Part shown: piece by piece, positions 1 through 10,453 of the stretch
Position numbering within the stretch: the stretch's first letter is position 1
Layout of the letters: each line of letters starts with the position of its first letter
Virus record (IMG/VR): IMGVR_UViG_3300010163_000008
Location: 64,001 to 116,952 of that record
Reading direction: 5' to 3' (one strand)
DNA length: 52,952 nt
DNA from: a virus
Lineage: Duplodnaviria; Heunggongvirae; Uroviricota; Caudoviricetes
Notes under the pieces: model-generated
The model's database searches: none
What the model saw: only the letters and a program-made list of their open reading frames with translations
Told to the model about the DNA's origin: nothing
Translations under genes and position numbers: made by a program

Positions 1-3000
1 GCATTAAGAATACTCCCTACATTAATACCTTTGAATCTTTCTTGTAATGCTTCTTCAAATGCCTTTGCCGCTCCATCCGTATTGAATGTAACCTTATTGC
101 CATCAACAGTAATAGCATTGCTACCGAAATCATCATTAACACTTTCTGCTACACTTGTAACGACATCAACATTAAGTTTATTGCCTTCAAACAAAGATTC
201 AACTTGAGTTTGTACATTTTCAACAAGTTCATATCCATTTCTAAGTTCCATATCAGTACAAGTAGCGTTAAGAGTTGGTAAAGTTAATTCGATACCCGAA
301 GTGCCTAAGTGAGAATTAATTTCTTCTACAGCCTTATTTACAGCCTCGATTATACGTCCTCTTTCACTATCAGTAAACTCTACACGTCCAGCACCAATAG
401 GGATGTCTATTTTACTCATATCAATGTCTGATAGTGATTCTTTTAAAGTTGACCAAGTATCACTAGCGGTGTTTTTCAAGTCTCTAAATGCTTGCTGTAA
501 TTTGTTAATCGGAGGGTCAAGGTCAATTTCGAGATACTTCTGTGCATCTTGTAATAAAGCTGAGAATTGATTATCATTGAGCTTAGGTAACTGTTCTACT
601 CCTGTTCGATATTGATTGAATGCGTCCATCAATTCTCTTTCAGTCATGTTGGAGACTTTCATTATTTTTTTATCAAAGTTGTCAACATATTTTTCGTTAT
701 TTTGTAGTGACTTAACTAAATCTCCCGCGAATTTACTTATGTTCATTTGTTGGTCATTAATATTTTGTACAGTACCTACAATACATTCTTCTGACACATT
801 GTACAAATCTTCGATACCAGCTTTATAATTACTTAAACTCGCTTCCCAATTAGCGTCATTGACAATTCCCAGACCTTCAAGGGCTTTAGCATGAGAAGTT
901 CTATCTACAATACCATTTTCTGCTTCTGAATCGAGATATTTTATCATATCTGCAATTCCGGTCATTTCAGTAGTATAATCAGCTTCAACAGCCTTTTTAA
1001 ATTCGTCATACGCCGCTGTACAATCTTCTACAATGCCATTAAATTCTTTGAACTTATCACTAATAAATTCAATCTGTGTATTTGAATCCATAGTAGATAA
1101 TAGAGTTACAAATTCATCTGCACTATCGCCCAAATTATCTAATATAAATTGAAGTTCTTCTACAGTATCAGCGTCCAATGAACGTAAATATTCGCCCATA
1201 TCTTCAAATTCAGAATTGACAGGCGTAATATCTTCTCCGAGTTTTTCAATAGTACTTTGTAATGTTTCTACAGGAGATATAATATTTTCGACAGCCTCAG
1301 CATTGCGTTCCATTTTATCCCCAAATGTTACAATGCCATCACCAGCCATTGATTCATCAAACAAGGCTACTCTATTCATAGCGTCGTCTATTTGGTCAGC
1401 GAACCGTGTATTATCCCTATCTAAACTATCATAATTACTATGTAGTTTTTCGTGCATTTCCAATAACAAAGATTCACTTTCAGCTTGTTCTTCAATGGCA
1501 GTATTCATTTCTTTTTCTGCCGCTTCTCGTTCTGCAATAGTACTGTTACCATCTTCGCATACTTCTAGGTAATGTTCTTGTGCCTGTATTGCTTCGTCAA
1601 CAGCTCTATTATGTGCATCAATAATGATATTATATCCGTTTAATGCTCTCTCAAAACCAGTATCTCCTTCTATAGAAGTCTGGTCTAATGACACATATCC
1701 CTGTGCAGAGGATTCTATTTCTGCAACCGTTCTATCAAATTCCTCATTCGCTCCTTGAGATAACTTCATTCGTTCAATTTCCATTTTGCGTTCTTCGAGA
1801 GCAATTTTCTTTTCTAATATTGCATTTTGTCTTTCTAATTCAGCAGATTCTTGTGCTAGCTCAGGTGTCCAATTTGAAGTCCCTTTTAGTGTATTAAGTT
1901 CTTCAAGTCTTTGTTTATTCTCGTCTAGTGTTTGGTTATATCCATCAATAGCCGCTTGCGTTTCATCTATTCCATCTTTAGCAGCGTCTATGTATTCCTG
2001 TAGTCCTTCATCTGTCATGTGCTCTACACTACTATTATGCCATGCGTCTATCGCTTTTGAAACGCCCCATATAACCGCCCCTATAGTAGCTATGATAGCT
2101 ATATATGGAGCTAAAGTAGCTAACGCCGCACCTAATGTAGTTACACCGCCTGCGGCGGCAGTAGATGCAGTCCCAACTCCAAAGATACCACGAGATAATG
2201 CCCCAAGTATACTACCGCCATTTCTAAACGCATTTATACCATTAGCTATACTAATTAACCCTTTACTTAGTCCAGCTAATTTTATAGCCGCAAAATGTGT
2301 TAGAGCTAAACCTAAAGCAGTAAGTAACATAGTGCCAACAGGGAGTTTATTAATTAATATATCAAGCACAGAAACAAGTCCTGTGATAGCACTAATAAAT
2401 CCACTAGCAACACCAGACACATTTAGATTAACTAAAAATTCTGACCATGTTGTTTTTAACTGATTCATTTTAGCTTCAAATGAATCCATATATGCTTCGT
2501 ATTTTTGGGCTGTAGAACCAGCGCTATTTACTGCCACTTCCATGGCTTCGCCAACTTCATTCCAGTTTTCAAATATGGACATGAGGGTATTACGTTGATA
2601 AGTACCACCTAAAGCAGTAGCGATAGCGCTTTTATCTATGTCGGTAAGGTTGTCCCACATTTCACCAACATCTTGAAGAATTTGCATTGGTTCGCGCCAT
2701 TCAGTAGCACTAGTACGTAAAGTGACTCCTAAATGATTCAGTACCTTTTCAGTATCGTTCAATGCTTCGTTATTATCGTCAAGATACTTACCTACCTTTA
2801 TATTCTGTAGGCGTGAAAGCAATGATTTAATACCGTTACCAATAGTTTCTGCACTCAAACGAGTGTTACTTGAAACTACAGTAATAACAGAAGCTAGTTC
2901 TTGAAAATCCATTCCTGCCGTTTTAGCAACAGAAGAAACACGTTGCATAGCAGTTGCTAGTTCTTCTGCGCTGGTAGCATATTTAAGGTCAAGCTGATTT

Positions 3001-6000
3001 AAAGTATCTATAACCATAGTGGCTTGTGATGCTTCCATATTAAAACCATTAAGAATACTAGTCAAACTCTCTGTTGCTTGAGCGGCTTCCATGTTACCAA
3101 CAGTAGACAACATCGTAGATGCTCTTAGCAGTTCCTCGGTTTGTGCTTCACTAAAACCTTGTCTTAACCACTCTTCACTACCTTCCATGACTGATTGTAG
3201 AGTAACACCTAATTCTTTAGCCATGTTAGAATAATTATGAACCATATTAGTAATAGAGGTATTAGATTTTTCAGTGACTATTTGCAAACTAGTCATAGCT
3301 GAATCTAATTCTTTGACTGTAGTAATAGAACCATAAATAGCCCTTTGTAGATTCATAAAGATTAAATAGCTACTAGCCATTCGTACAAATTTACCTGCTA
3401 AATTTTCTACATAACCATTTAATGTTCTAACTCCACCACCAGCACCACTCGCCGCCGCTTTAGTCCTAGACAATTCATTATTGTATTTACTCGTCGCATC
3501 TGCGGCGCGTTGCATAGCTTGCGCTGATTCACCAACTGTCTTTCCTGTTGAGTCTCCTTGAAGTTTAACCTTGTTTAGTTGCTCATATTCTTGCGTTAAT
3601 CGTTGTACATCTCTTTCTAATTGTTGAATAGTGTTATTAGAATCCCCATTTAATTGCGCCCTAGTTAATTCAAGCTTCTTTCTATGTAACTCTTCAAGTT
3701 TATTAATAGCTGAATCTATAGCTTGTTGATTAAAAGTATCATCACGTTTAGCGCTCATTGATTTTTCCGTTGTTTGCAATTCTTTTAATTTTGCAATAAG
3801 TTTGTCAACGTCTGTAACAGTCATATTCAAAGATTTAGCTAAATCACTCGTATTCAGTTTAGTTAAATCCCCTACTGTAAACATTTGCTTTACTTTATCA
3901 TATGATACACCAAATTGACTTAATTTTTGCGTTAATTGTTCAAGTTGTTGACCATAGACACCGAGTTGATTGCCAGTCTCAGTCTTTGTTCCTTTAGCTC
4001 TTAATGCTTCAATTTTAGCTTGTAACTGCTCTACTTGTTTAATCTGAGCTTCATATCCTTTTAATGTAGCATTACTTTGTGCATCAGTCTGTTTAGCATT
4101 GATAAGACTCATTTCTTTATTAAAATCGCCTTGTATTTGTTTTAATCTCTGTACATCTTTGATTGTAGACGCTACACCACTTGCATAGTTTTTAAGCGCA
4201 GTAACCTGTGTTTGTATTTCATTAGCATATGTAGTATTACCGGAATTTTGAGCACGATATAACTCTTTGGTCTTTGCTATAATTTGATTATATGTTTCAA
4301 TTAACGTTTGAGCATTATAAGTTTGCCTTGCGTCTATTTGTTTATTATTACCTTCTGTCATCGCCTTATTTATGTCTTGTACAGCATTACGTATTGCGTC
4401 AGCGCCTTCTTTGGTTTGAGTAACGACATTCGTACTTATCAAAGGTTTAGTAAAGGTATTAGTGGTTTTATCATATGTTGTTGCGGCTTGCCCTAGAGAG
4501 GTAAGTATGGTCTGTATCTCTCCTTGTAAACGAGCAACTTCATCCCCAGTACCCATCTTAAATCTAAGTTGTCCAATACGGTCTTGTAGTTTAAACAACT
4601 CCTGATACTTATTGATAACACCGTCTATATTTTTTAAATCAGTTGCAATATCATTTTGTTTACCAACTAAACTCATTTTATCTTTAAAACTAGCTTGTAA
4701 TGTTTGCAATTCAGTCAAAGCAGTTTTTCTTGCTTCTATATTTTTGACTAAGGTGTCAGTCTCGGAATTAAGAGCATTAATCTCTGCTTGTATACCGCTT
4801 GCCGTAGATGTATTATTGTTTAACTTAGCCGCATTTAATTCTTGTGTCTTTTGAATAATTTTATCATATAATGTTGCTAATTGATTTAGTTCACTGTTAT
4901 CTTTAAATGCCGCTGTTTGAGCATTAGCTACGTCTTTTATAGATTGAGAGTATTTAGTGTTATTCTGTATAGCCTCATTGGTTTTCATCGCAACCTTTTC
5001 TAAGGCTTCTGCTTGTGCTAGATATTCTGTAGCCGAATCTTCATGCCCCATCTTTCTAGCGTTATTATATTCTTGATACTTCTTAGTAGCTTGGTCTAAT
5101 TGAGAATTGAGCTTCTCTAAATCTTTCATGCCTGCAATATCGTTAGTCTTTGCAGACTGTTTATCTATTACATTCTGTAACTCTGTAAACTTATTTTTAA
5201 CTTTATCAATTTGTTCAGTAGTTTGCATTATACCTTCTGGACGAGCAGTATACATTGTGAATGAGTTCATATCTTTCTGATACTCAATTACAGTCTCACC
5301 CATCTTTTGGTTAATAGCATCACAACTTTGTACAATCTGGTCTTTTAACAGAGCAATCTGTTGTTCGTTTCCACCTTTTAATTGTAGATTACTAACTTCT
5401 TGATATGCTTTCTTTATTTTGTCTACCTGTTCTGTAATTTGTTTTGCTAATGCCATATCATTACTTTTTGTAGCAGCATCACCAAACTTAGCTGATACGG
5501 TAGCCATCTTTTGATTATAATCGGCAACAGCTTTCCCTAATTCATTATAACCTTGTAAGTTCTTTTCTAATCTTGCTCTTTCTGTTTCTAACTGAGTTAC
5601 ACGGTCAAGTGCCACTTGCTGAGATTGCCCATCGCTTTTGCTTGTTGCAGTATATAGTTCAGTATAAGCCTGAGTTAGTTGTTTAAAAACGCTTTGCAAT
5701 TCTTGTAGTTGTTGTTTGTTGTTGGTAATAGTAGCGTCCATACCTTCAAATAATAATAATCTATTACCAGTACCATCAGTAGTTCCTTTAAAGTTAAACG
5801 CGGCTTTTACACCATTAACCATAGTTTCTACTTTAGCTTTAACTGCGCCAGTCGCATTATCTATCCTCGTAGAAAAGCTAGTAATGTACTTAGTTAAGTC
5901 TTCACCCTTAAGAGTAACACCCAACTTTTTATACTGTTGTTCCATTTCAGTAAACAACTCTGACTTTTGTTTACCAGAAAAGTTACTAAATGCTTTGGCG

Positions 6001-6662
6001 GCTTCTTCAGCAACCGTAAAAGAATTTCCAAGTTGTTGTAAGGTTTGTGTAGTTTTTTTGCCGTTCTGGTCAAATGTTTGAACAGATGTAGCTATGCCAT
6101 TTATACTTTGTGTAAATCGTAATGAACCATCACCCAACGTTTGCATTTGTAATCCTGCTGTACGTGCATAATCAGAAATACGTTGCATTGCAGTGATAAC
6201 ATATTCAGTGTCATTTTTAGGCATATCAAACTTTGGTATGCTCATCTGTCTCATGGTTTCAGATAACATATTACGTTGACGCGCCAAAGCGTCACTCAAC
6301 GCTTTTGTCATTCTGTCTATCTGTATACCACGACTTTCAAAAGCACGACTATTAGCCCCTAGTATACTTTTACTATCTAGCCCCATAACAGCTGCCGCTT
6401 TTAACTGTTGAAACATCTTCTGTATTTCTGTAAGTTGTTGCTTAAAATTATTTTTATCTAAATTAATCTTAATATTAGCACCAGAGAGTCTCTTGACGGT
6501 TGTTTCTACATCACGTAGTGCTTGCTGTGCTGTAGCGGTATCTATCTTGTATGATGGATTCTGTCTAAACATTTCTTGTAGACTCTCTAGTCTACTTTCT
6601 AACTTACTTAAATTACCATCATCTATAACAACCTTAATTGGTATTTCAAATCCACCAGCCAT
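1..6662 (-). CDS. Tail tape measure protein, TP901/PhageMin_Tail type (partial; runs off left edge, >2200 aa)
   Basis: Not in the ORF track because it has no stop inside the window. ATG at 6662 with RBS GGAAGGTGG. The frame was open wherever spot-checked (1-60, ~2800-3320, ~5600-6660). Translation near 3320-2800 gives VKELDSAMTSLQIVT...WLRQGFSEAQTEELLRAS...ATSAEELATAMQRVSSVAKTAG...AETIGNGIKSLLSRLQNIK, a typical TMP domain, within long Ala/Gln-rich helical sequence. Confidence 0.92.
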   Translation of the reverse strand, partial: MAGGFEIPIKVVIDDGNLSKLESRLESLQEMFRQNPSYKIDTATAQQALRDVETTVKRLSGANIKINLDKNNFKQQLTEIQKMFQQLKAAAVMGLDSKSILGANSRAFESRGIQIDRMTKALSDALARQRNMLSETMRQMSIPKFDMPKNDTEYVITAMQRISDYARTAGLQMQTLGDGSLRFTQSINGIATSVQTFDQNGKKTTQTLQQLGNSFTVAEEAAKAFSNFSGKQKSELFTEMEQQYKKLGVTLKGEDLTKYITSFSTRIDNATGAVKAKVETMVNGVKAAFNFKGTTDGTGNRLLLFEGMDATITNNKQQLQELQSVFKQLTQAYTELYTATSKSDGQSQQVALDRVTQLETERARLEKNLQGYNELGKAVADYNQKMATVSAKFGDAATKSNDMALAKQITEQVDKIKKAYQEVSNLQLKGGNEQQIALLKDQIVQSCDAINQKMGETVIEYQKDMNSFTMYTARPEGIMQTTEQIDKVKNKFTELQNVIDKQSAKTNDIAGMKDLEKLNSQLDQATKKYQEYNNARKMGHEDSATEYLAQAEALEKVAMKTNEAIQNNTKYSQSIKDVANAQTAAFKDNSELNQLATLYDKIIQKTQELNAAKLNNNTSTASGIQAEINALNSETDTLVKNIEARKTALTELQTLQASFKDKMSLVGKQNDIATDLKNIDGVINKYQELFKLQDRIGQLRFKMGTGDEVARLQGEIQTILTSLGQAATTYDKTTNTFTKPLISTNVVTQTKEGADAIRNAVQDINKAMTEGNNKQIDARQTYNAQTLIETYNQIIAKTKELYRAQNSGNTTYANEIQTQVTALKNYASGVASTIKDVQRLKQIQGDFNKEMSLINAKQTDAQSNATLKGYEAQIKQVEQLQAKIEALRAKGTKTETGNQLGVYGQQLEQLTQKLSQFGVSYDKVKQMFTVGDLTKLNTSDLAKSLNMTVTDVDKLIAKLKELQTTEKSMSAKRDDTFNQQAIDSAINKLEELHRKKLELTRAQLNGDSNNTIQQLERDVQRLTQEYEQLNKVKLQGDSTGKTVGESAQAMQRAADATSKYNNELSRTKAAASGAGGGVRTLNGYVENLAGKFVRMASSYLIFMNLQRAIYGSITTVKELDSAMTSLQIVTEKSNTSITNMVHNYSNMAKELGVTLQSVMEGSEEWLRQGFSEAQTEELLRASTMLSTVGNMEAAQATESLTSILNGFNMEASQATMVIDTLNQLDLKYATSAEELATAMQRVSSVAKTAGMDFQELASVITVVSSNTRLSAETIGNGIKSLLSRLQNIKVGKYLDDNNEALNDTEKVLNHLGVTLRTSATEWREPMQILQDVGEMWDNLTDIDKSAIATALGGTYQRNTLMSIFENWNEVGEAMEVAVNSAGSTAQKYEAYMDSFEAKMNQLKTTWSEFLVNLNVSGVASGFISAITGLVSVLDILINKLPVGTMLLTALGLALTHFAAIKLAGLSKGLISIANGINAFRNGGSILGALSRGIFGVGTASTAAAGGVTTLGAALATLAPYIAIIATIGAVIWGVSKAIDAWHNSSVEHMTDEGLQEYIDAAKDGIDETQAAIDGYNQTLDENKQRLEELNTLKGTSNWTPELAQESAELERQNAILEKKIALEERKMEIERMKLSQGANEEFDRTVAEIESSAQGYVSLDQTSIEGDTGFERALNGYNIIIDAHNRAVDEAIQAQEHYLEVCEDGNSTIAEREAAEKEMNTAIEEQAESESLLLEMHEKLHSNYDSLDRDNTRFADQIDDAMNRVALFDESMAGDGIVTFGDKMERNAEAVENIISPVETLQSTIEKLGEDITPVNSEFEDMGEYLRSLDADTVEELQFILDNLGDSADEFVTLLSTMDSNTQIEFISDKFKEFNGIVEDCTAAYDEFKKAVEADYTTEMTGIADMIKYLDSEAENGIVDRTSHAKALEGLGIVNDANWEASLSNYKAGIEDLYNVSEECIVGTVQNINDQQMNISKFAGDLVKSLQNNEKYVDNFDKKIMKVSNMTERELMDAFNQYRTGVEQLPKLNDNQFSALLQDAQKYLEIDLDPPINKLQQAFRDLKNTASDTWSTLKESLSDIDMSKIDIPIGAGRVEFTDSERGRIIEAVNKAVEEINSHLGTSGIELTLPTLNATCTDMELRNGYELVENVQTQVESLFEGNKLNVDVVTSVAESVNDDFGSNAITVDGNKVTFNTDGAAKAFEEALQERFKGINVGSILN

Positions 6663-6679
6663 ATGCTCACCACCTTCCG

Positions 6680-7129
6680 TTACTTCATACGAATATTACC
6701 AAATGCTATACCTAACGCTTGAGGAATATATGACTTTAAATATGCTTCCGTTGCATCAAGAGCTTCTGCCGCATCTCCATTACGAGGACTAAGACCACCA
6801 TTAGTACCCTTTTCAAGAACACTAAGTATATCTTCTCCAACAAATGGTGTACCATCAAGACTAGCATGTTGCCCCCATCCGCTATTACTAGGATTAGCTG
6901 AAAAAGCCCCAGGGTCTTCTTCGATAATTGCAGAATTACCCTCAACTCGTGATTTAACTGAATTATAAAAATCCATAGTACGACTATATGAACCGGGGGA
7001 ATAAGCATTGTACCAATTGTTCATAATATATTCTTTTAGCTTTTTCTCACCTTCCTTAGCAATAAGCTGTAAACACTTATTTTTTGAAGCTTGTATTTTA
7101 CCTTTAATCTGTACTATTACGTCAGCCAT
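6680..7129 (-). CDS. Virion morphogenesis protein, possibly HK97 gp10-like tail completion protein
   Basis: 149-aa ORF directly upstream of the TMP; YSPGSYSRT..FYNSV segment resembles neck/tail-completion proteins (by eye). Confidence 0.4.
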   Translation of the reverse strand: MADVIVQIKGKIQASKNKCLQLIAKEGEKKLKEYIMNNWYNAYSPGSYSRTMDFYNSVKSRVEGNSAIIEEDPGAFSANPSNSGWGQHASLDGTPFVGEDILSVLEKGTNGGLSPRNGDAAEALDATEAYLKSYIPQALGIAFGNIRMK

Positions 7130-7163
7130 TACCTACACCCCCTTTTTATTTACATAATAATTA

Positions 7164-7826
7164 TTATTTCTTTGACTTAGCTACAAATTCTTTAGTTTGC
7201 ATAGTAGACGTAACATCTTGCACTGTCTGCTTATGCATTCCGTCTACAAGTGATTTCAGAGTAGGATTATTCATATCATTTATACGTAATATTTTATCCA
7301 TTTTTGTATCATCTATGCCATTAATAGACTGAACTATATGATTAATTTCTTCTTCTGTTGGCACATGTAAATATGTCTTCATAGCTTCAATAACAGACAT
7401 ATTCTGAAGACCTACAGCTACATCTACATCAGCACAAAAACGATTATAATCCTTTTCAGCGTACTTCATAACATAATCAAATAGACCACTTTCCATAATA
7501 AGGTCGTAATCTACATAAGATTGATAATCTGTATTAAAGTTAACATTTATATACATGAATAGACCAGTGAATAACTTTTCCATTTCAATGTACATACACA
7601 TTTCCGCTGTTGTAGATACATTATCAGATAACATATCTTGTAGTCTATATGACAAATTCATTGCAGCAATATCTACATAAGCGCACTTCTTACTAATACT
7701 AACATAAGGTTTAATTTTAATATTTCTTTGTAGATATAGTTTAAAATCAAGTGGTGAATCATTCACCATATGTTCACGTAACTCTTTGTATTCTATAGGT
7801 GCGTTCGACTCTCTAAATTCTATCAT
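7164..7826 (-). CDS. Hypothetical protein (possible tail assembly chaperone)
   Basis: 220-aa ORF with RBS GGAG; function inferred from position only. Confidence 0.45.
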   Translation of the reverse strand: MIEFRESNAPIEYKELREHMVNDSPLDFKLYLQRNIKIKPYVSISKKCAYVDIAAMNLSYRLQDMLSDNVSTTAEMCMYIEMEKLFTGLFMYINVNFNTDYQSYVDYDLIMESGLFDYVMKYAEKDYNRFCADVDVAVGLQNMSVIEAMKTYLHVPTEEEINHIVQSINGIDDTKMDKILRINDMNNPTLKSLVDGMHKQTVQDVTSTMQTKEFVAKSKK

Positions 7827-7831
7827 AACTA

Positions 7832-8956
7832 TTACTCCTTTGACTCATTATTAAAATTAAATAAATCTTCTAACTCATCTTCAAATGTACGCAAATCGTA
7901 ATATGTAGACGTTACAGATACATCATTATGATGCGCAACATATTTACTAATAAGCTTTAAGTCTTTTCCCTGTTCAAGCAAGCGCGTTACGCATGAAGCC
8001 TTAAATAAATGAGGATTTATACGTCTGTACAAAAGAGGGCTAAGCGTTTCTTTACAAAAAGCTTCTATCCAACCTTTATCCATTTGACGAATCTCTTCTC
8101 CCCATTTTGTAGTAAATATGTATTCGCTTTCATACCCTCGATGCTCAATCCAGTTTCGCCAACTATCTAAGACTTCAAGAGGTATCATAAATCTTAACGG
8201 CTTGCCTTCAACGCCTGCACCTTTACCTCTTACAACATGACTAAGTACATAATTGCTACCCTCTTTGATGGGATAGTCAAGTATCTCTGTTCTAAATTGC
8301 ACTATCTCTGCAACTCTACAACCTACATTATATAAAGTAATCACAAGAGCTAATGCTAAGTAATCGTTTAACTTAGTAAAATACTTAATCATCTTATTAT
8401 ACTCATTTATAGATATGGGTATCTTTTCATAGGTTTGCGTAGGATTTATTTTTGGCATACCTTTAGTAAAATTTCTAAAATGACGGCACTCTTCCATGTC
8501 TTCTGATACTATATTCTCAATATAGTTACAAAAACTAGATACAGCCGCCTTTCTTAATTTGATTGCACTGGAAGATAAGCCTCTATCTTGCATATATCCT
8601 AAATAACCAATAAAATCACGTTTTGATATTCTGTAAAAAGGTTTATCTCCTGCTTCTTCCATTATATAATAAAAGAATTGTTTCAAACAACGCAAATACT
8701 GTTCTCGCGTTTGTGGGCTTAGTTGTCTGTTGTTTCGTATAAACTCAAATGTTATTGATACATTCTCTTTATTACATTTCTCTTTAAAATTTTCGTCTGT
8801 AATATCATGCAAACGTTCTGCCATTGGTTTAATCATATGTAAGTCAACACGCCTTTGTTGAAGTTTCTGTTTGGGCGTTTTTGGCTTTGGCGGTTTAAAG
8901 GGATTCTTTTTATATTTTACCTTCCTTCCCTCAGACTTATTTTCCACTATCATCAA
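7832..8956 (-). CDS. Tyrosine recombinase (XerC/D-like) within the tail module
   Basis: GCRVAE (Arg I), GKG, PHLFKAS (H-x-x-K in place of H-x-x-R), AHHND and STYY (catalytic Tyr); SAM-like N-terminal segment TREQYLRCLKQFF. Confidence 0.85.
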   Translation of the reverse strand: MMIVENKSEGRKVKYKKNPFKPPKPKTPKQKLQQRRVDLHMIKPMAERLHDITDENFKEKCNKENVSITFEFIRNNRQLSPQTREQYLRCLKQFFYYIMEEAGDKPFYRISKRDFIGYLGYMQDRGLSSSAIKLRKAAVSSFCNYIENIVSEDMEECRHFRNFTKGMPKINPTQTYEKIPISINEYNKMIKYFTKLNDYLALALVITLYNVGCRVAEIVQFRTEILDYPIKEGSNYVLSHVVRGKGAGVEGKPLRFMIPLEVLDSWRNWIEHRGYESEYIFTTKWGEEIRQMDKGWIEAFCKETLSPLLYRRINPHLFKASCVTRLLEQGKDLKLISKYVAHHNDVSVTSTYYDLRTFEDELEDLFNFNNESKE

Positions 8957-8961
8957 ACTCC

Positions 8962-9567
8962 TTACTTAATCAAGTATTTTAAGAAAGATTCAATATCATA
9001 GGCATATCTTACCTTTAATAATTTACTATCAATCAGTACTCCATTGTGTTCTACAATATCTTTTTCATTAATAGAAAATTTTGATGTAGACTCGTAGAAC
9101 TTATTAAAGTTATCAATGTCTAACCAATATGTATGAGCAGCACTTCTAAAGTTAAATATGAATCCTGCTCGTACATTCTTCATTCGACTAACTTCATCTA
9201 ATCCATCTATTTGTGTCAATTTAATCATTTTATTGCCTTTACCAGAACCTTCTTTTTCAAAACTAAAGCTAGTATTTTTAGTACTTTTTAGTTCCATAGC
9301 AACAAAATACCCTTCATATAATGCAAAACAATCATAAGGATTGTTGCACGTAAATGATGTATGTCCTCCACTAAAAGCAGTAGCAGAGTCTTTTATTCTA
9401 AAATAATAAGCGTTCACTTTGCTGAATGATTTTTTCCAATCTTCTTCAAATCGTTTACCTTCGTTTTGTTGTGCCATATACTTAATCTCCTTCATTTCAA
9501 GAAAAGCCGCTGTACCAACTACTAATATAGGTTGAAATACAACAAGAAAGAACAAAAACCAAGCCAT
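8962..9567 (-). CDS. recU: RecU-family Holliday junction resolvase, with an optional 30-aa hydrophobic N-terminal extension
   Basis: GKRFEEDW, PYDC, AMELKST and QIDGL motifs. A second RBS (AAGGAG) and ATG at 9477 give the soluble core. Confidence 0.8.
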   Translation of the reverse strand: MAWFLFFLVVFQPILVVGTAAFLEMKEIKYMAQQNEGKRFEEDWKKSFSKVNAYYFRIKDSATAFSGGHTSFTCNNPYDCFALYEGYFVAMELKSTKNTSFSFEKEGSGKGNKMIKLTQIDGLDEVSRMKNVRAGFIFNFRSAAHTYWLDIDNFNKFYESTSKFSINEKDIVEHNGVLIDSKLLKVRYAYDIESFLKYLIK

Positions 9568-9580
9568 AGTTGTCTCCTAT

Positions 9581-9649
9581 TTAAATTGCTACTACTGCAA
9601 CTATAATTATGAACCATATTAAACTAAGTGCGCCCAAAATTACATACAT
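9581..9649 (-). CDS. 22-aa hydrophobic peptide MYVILGALSLIWFIIIVAVVAI
   Basis: RBS AAGGAG 10 nt upstream of the ATG at 9649; single-TM composition; too short for the ORF track. Confidence 0.55.
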   Translation of the reverse strand: MYVILGALSLIWFIIIVAVVAI

Positions 9650-9675
9650 ATTTTACACACTCCTTTGTAGAAATG

Positions 9676-9699
9676 AAAGGGGGTAGAATCGCCCCCTTT
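9676..9699 (-). terminator. Stem-loop AAAGGGGG/CCCCCTTT (weak terminator or processing site)
   Basis: Perfect 8-bp inverted repeat downstream of ORF 9721..10221; short U tail. Confidence 0.55.
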
Positions 9700-9720
9700 A
9701 CTATTATCTACATAATCCAA

Positions 9721-10221
9721 TTACTTAACTGGTGTAATAACAGTACTCTGCACTGTCTCCACAGTATTAGCAGAATCATCTACGTGAGTAATAGTAGCTT
9801 GAGGTTTCTTAGTTGTAGATTTATTTAGTGCCTTAACACGAGTTTCAGTCTGATGCTTTACCGTCTTAATAATATCTTCAAGATTAGCACCAGAAAGATA
9901 TAGACACTCAAAATCACTAAAGAGATAAGTCTTGCCATTGGTACAATCAAAACGACCAAGGTCAAGGTCATAACCTACTATATCTACTGTTTGCCCACCA
10001 TGAATCTTTCCTCTTAGAAGAACTTCTTTCATAGTTGCCTCCTTATTTAACTTTATAGGTTTAACAATATCTTGTGTCTTGCTCATCTCAATAAAACATT
10101 CCCTTGAACAACACACATTCTTCCATGCATTTCCAATCTTAATACAACTTCTGCACATATAATATTCGTTTCCGCAAAAGTTACATTTACGATTTACTAA
10201 CATATAATCACCTTTTCTCAA
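9721..10221 (-). CDS. Hypothetical protein with Cys-rich (Zn-binding) N-terminus
   Basis: CNFC..CRSC..CCSREC; RBS AAGGTGA. Confidence 0.6.
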   Translation of the reverse strand: MRKGDYMLVNRKCNFCGNEYYMCRSCIKIGNAWKNVCCSRECFIEMSKTQDIVKPIKLNKEATMKEVLLRGKIHGGQTVDIVGYDLDLGRFDCTNGKTYLFSDFECLYLSGANLEDIIKTVKHQTETRVKALNKSTTKKPQATITHVDDSANTVETVQSTVITPVK

Positions 10222-10433
10222 AGGGTGTCTGCTTGCCTATCATTACGCCGCTTTTTCGCTTCATCTCCAAAAACAACATGGGTTCCGTAAACGTCGTCAA
10301 GAGCGGCAGTAAAAGGCGTTTTTGGAGGTGTCATTGTGATACCAGTGTGGCGATTCATTCCGTAGAACGAAGACCGTCCTCTGTCGCCTTTGGGTTTTGC
10401 ATGGGTAAAACTATCTCTCCTAAGTGTTGCCAT
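10218..10433 (-). CDS. Hypothetical 71-aa protein (start revised to 10433)
   Basis: RBS GGAGGGA precedes ATG GCA ACA at 10433. Confidence 0.5.
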   Translation of the reverse strand: MATLRRDSFTHAKPKGDRGRSSFYGMNRHTGITMTPPKTPFTAALDDVYGTHVVFGDEAKKRRNDRQADTL

Positions 10434-10453
10434 AATTACATTCCCTCCTGTTC

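Noticed and set aside
616-6792. Plus-strand ORFs such as 1786..2463, 5716..6081 and 6493..6792
   Set aside because: Antisense shadows of the tape measure gene: Ser/Leu-rich, no RBS, no domains.
7164-7826. Programmed ribosomal frameshift typical of tail chaperone genes
   Set aside because: No convincing slippery heptamer near the ORF end, and the gene is not adjacent to the major tail gene.
7832-8956. Prophage integrase marking an attachment boundary
   Set aside because: Flanked on both sides by co-oriented phage late genes; no host genes or att-like repeats in the window.
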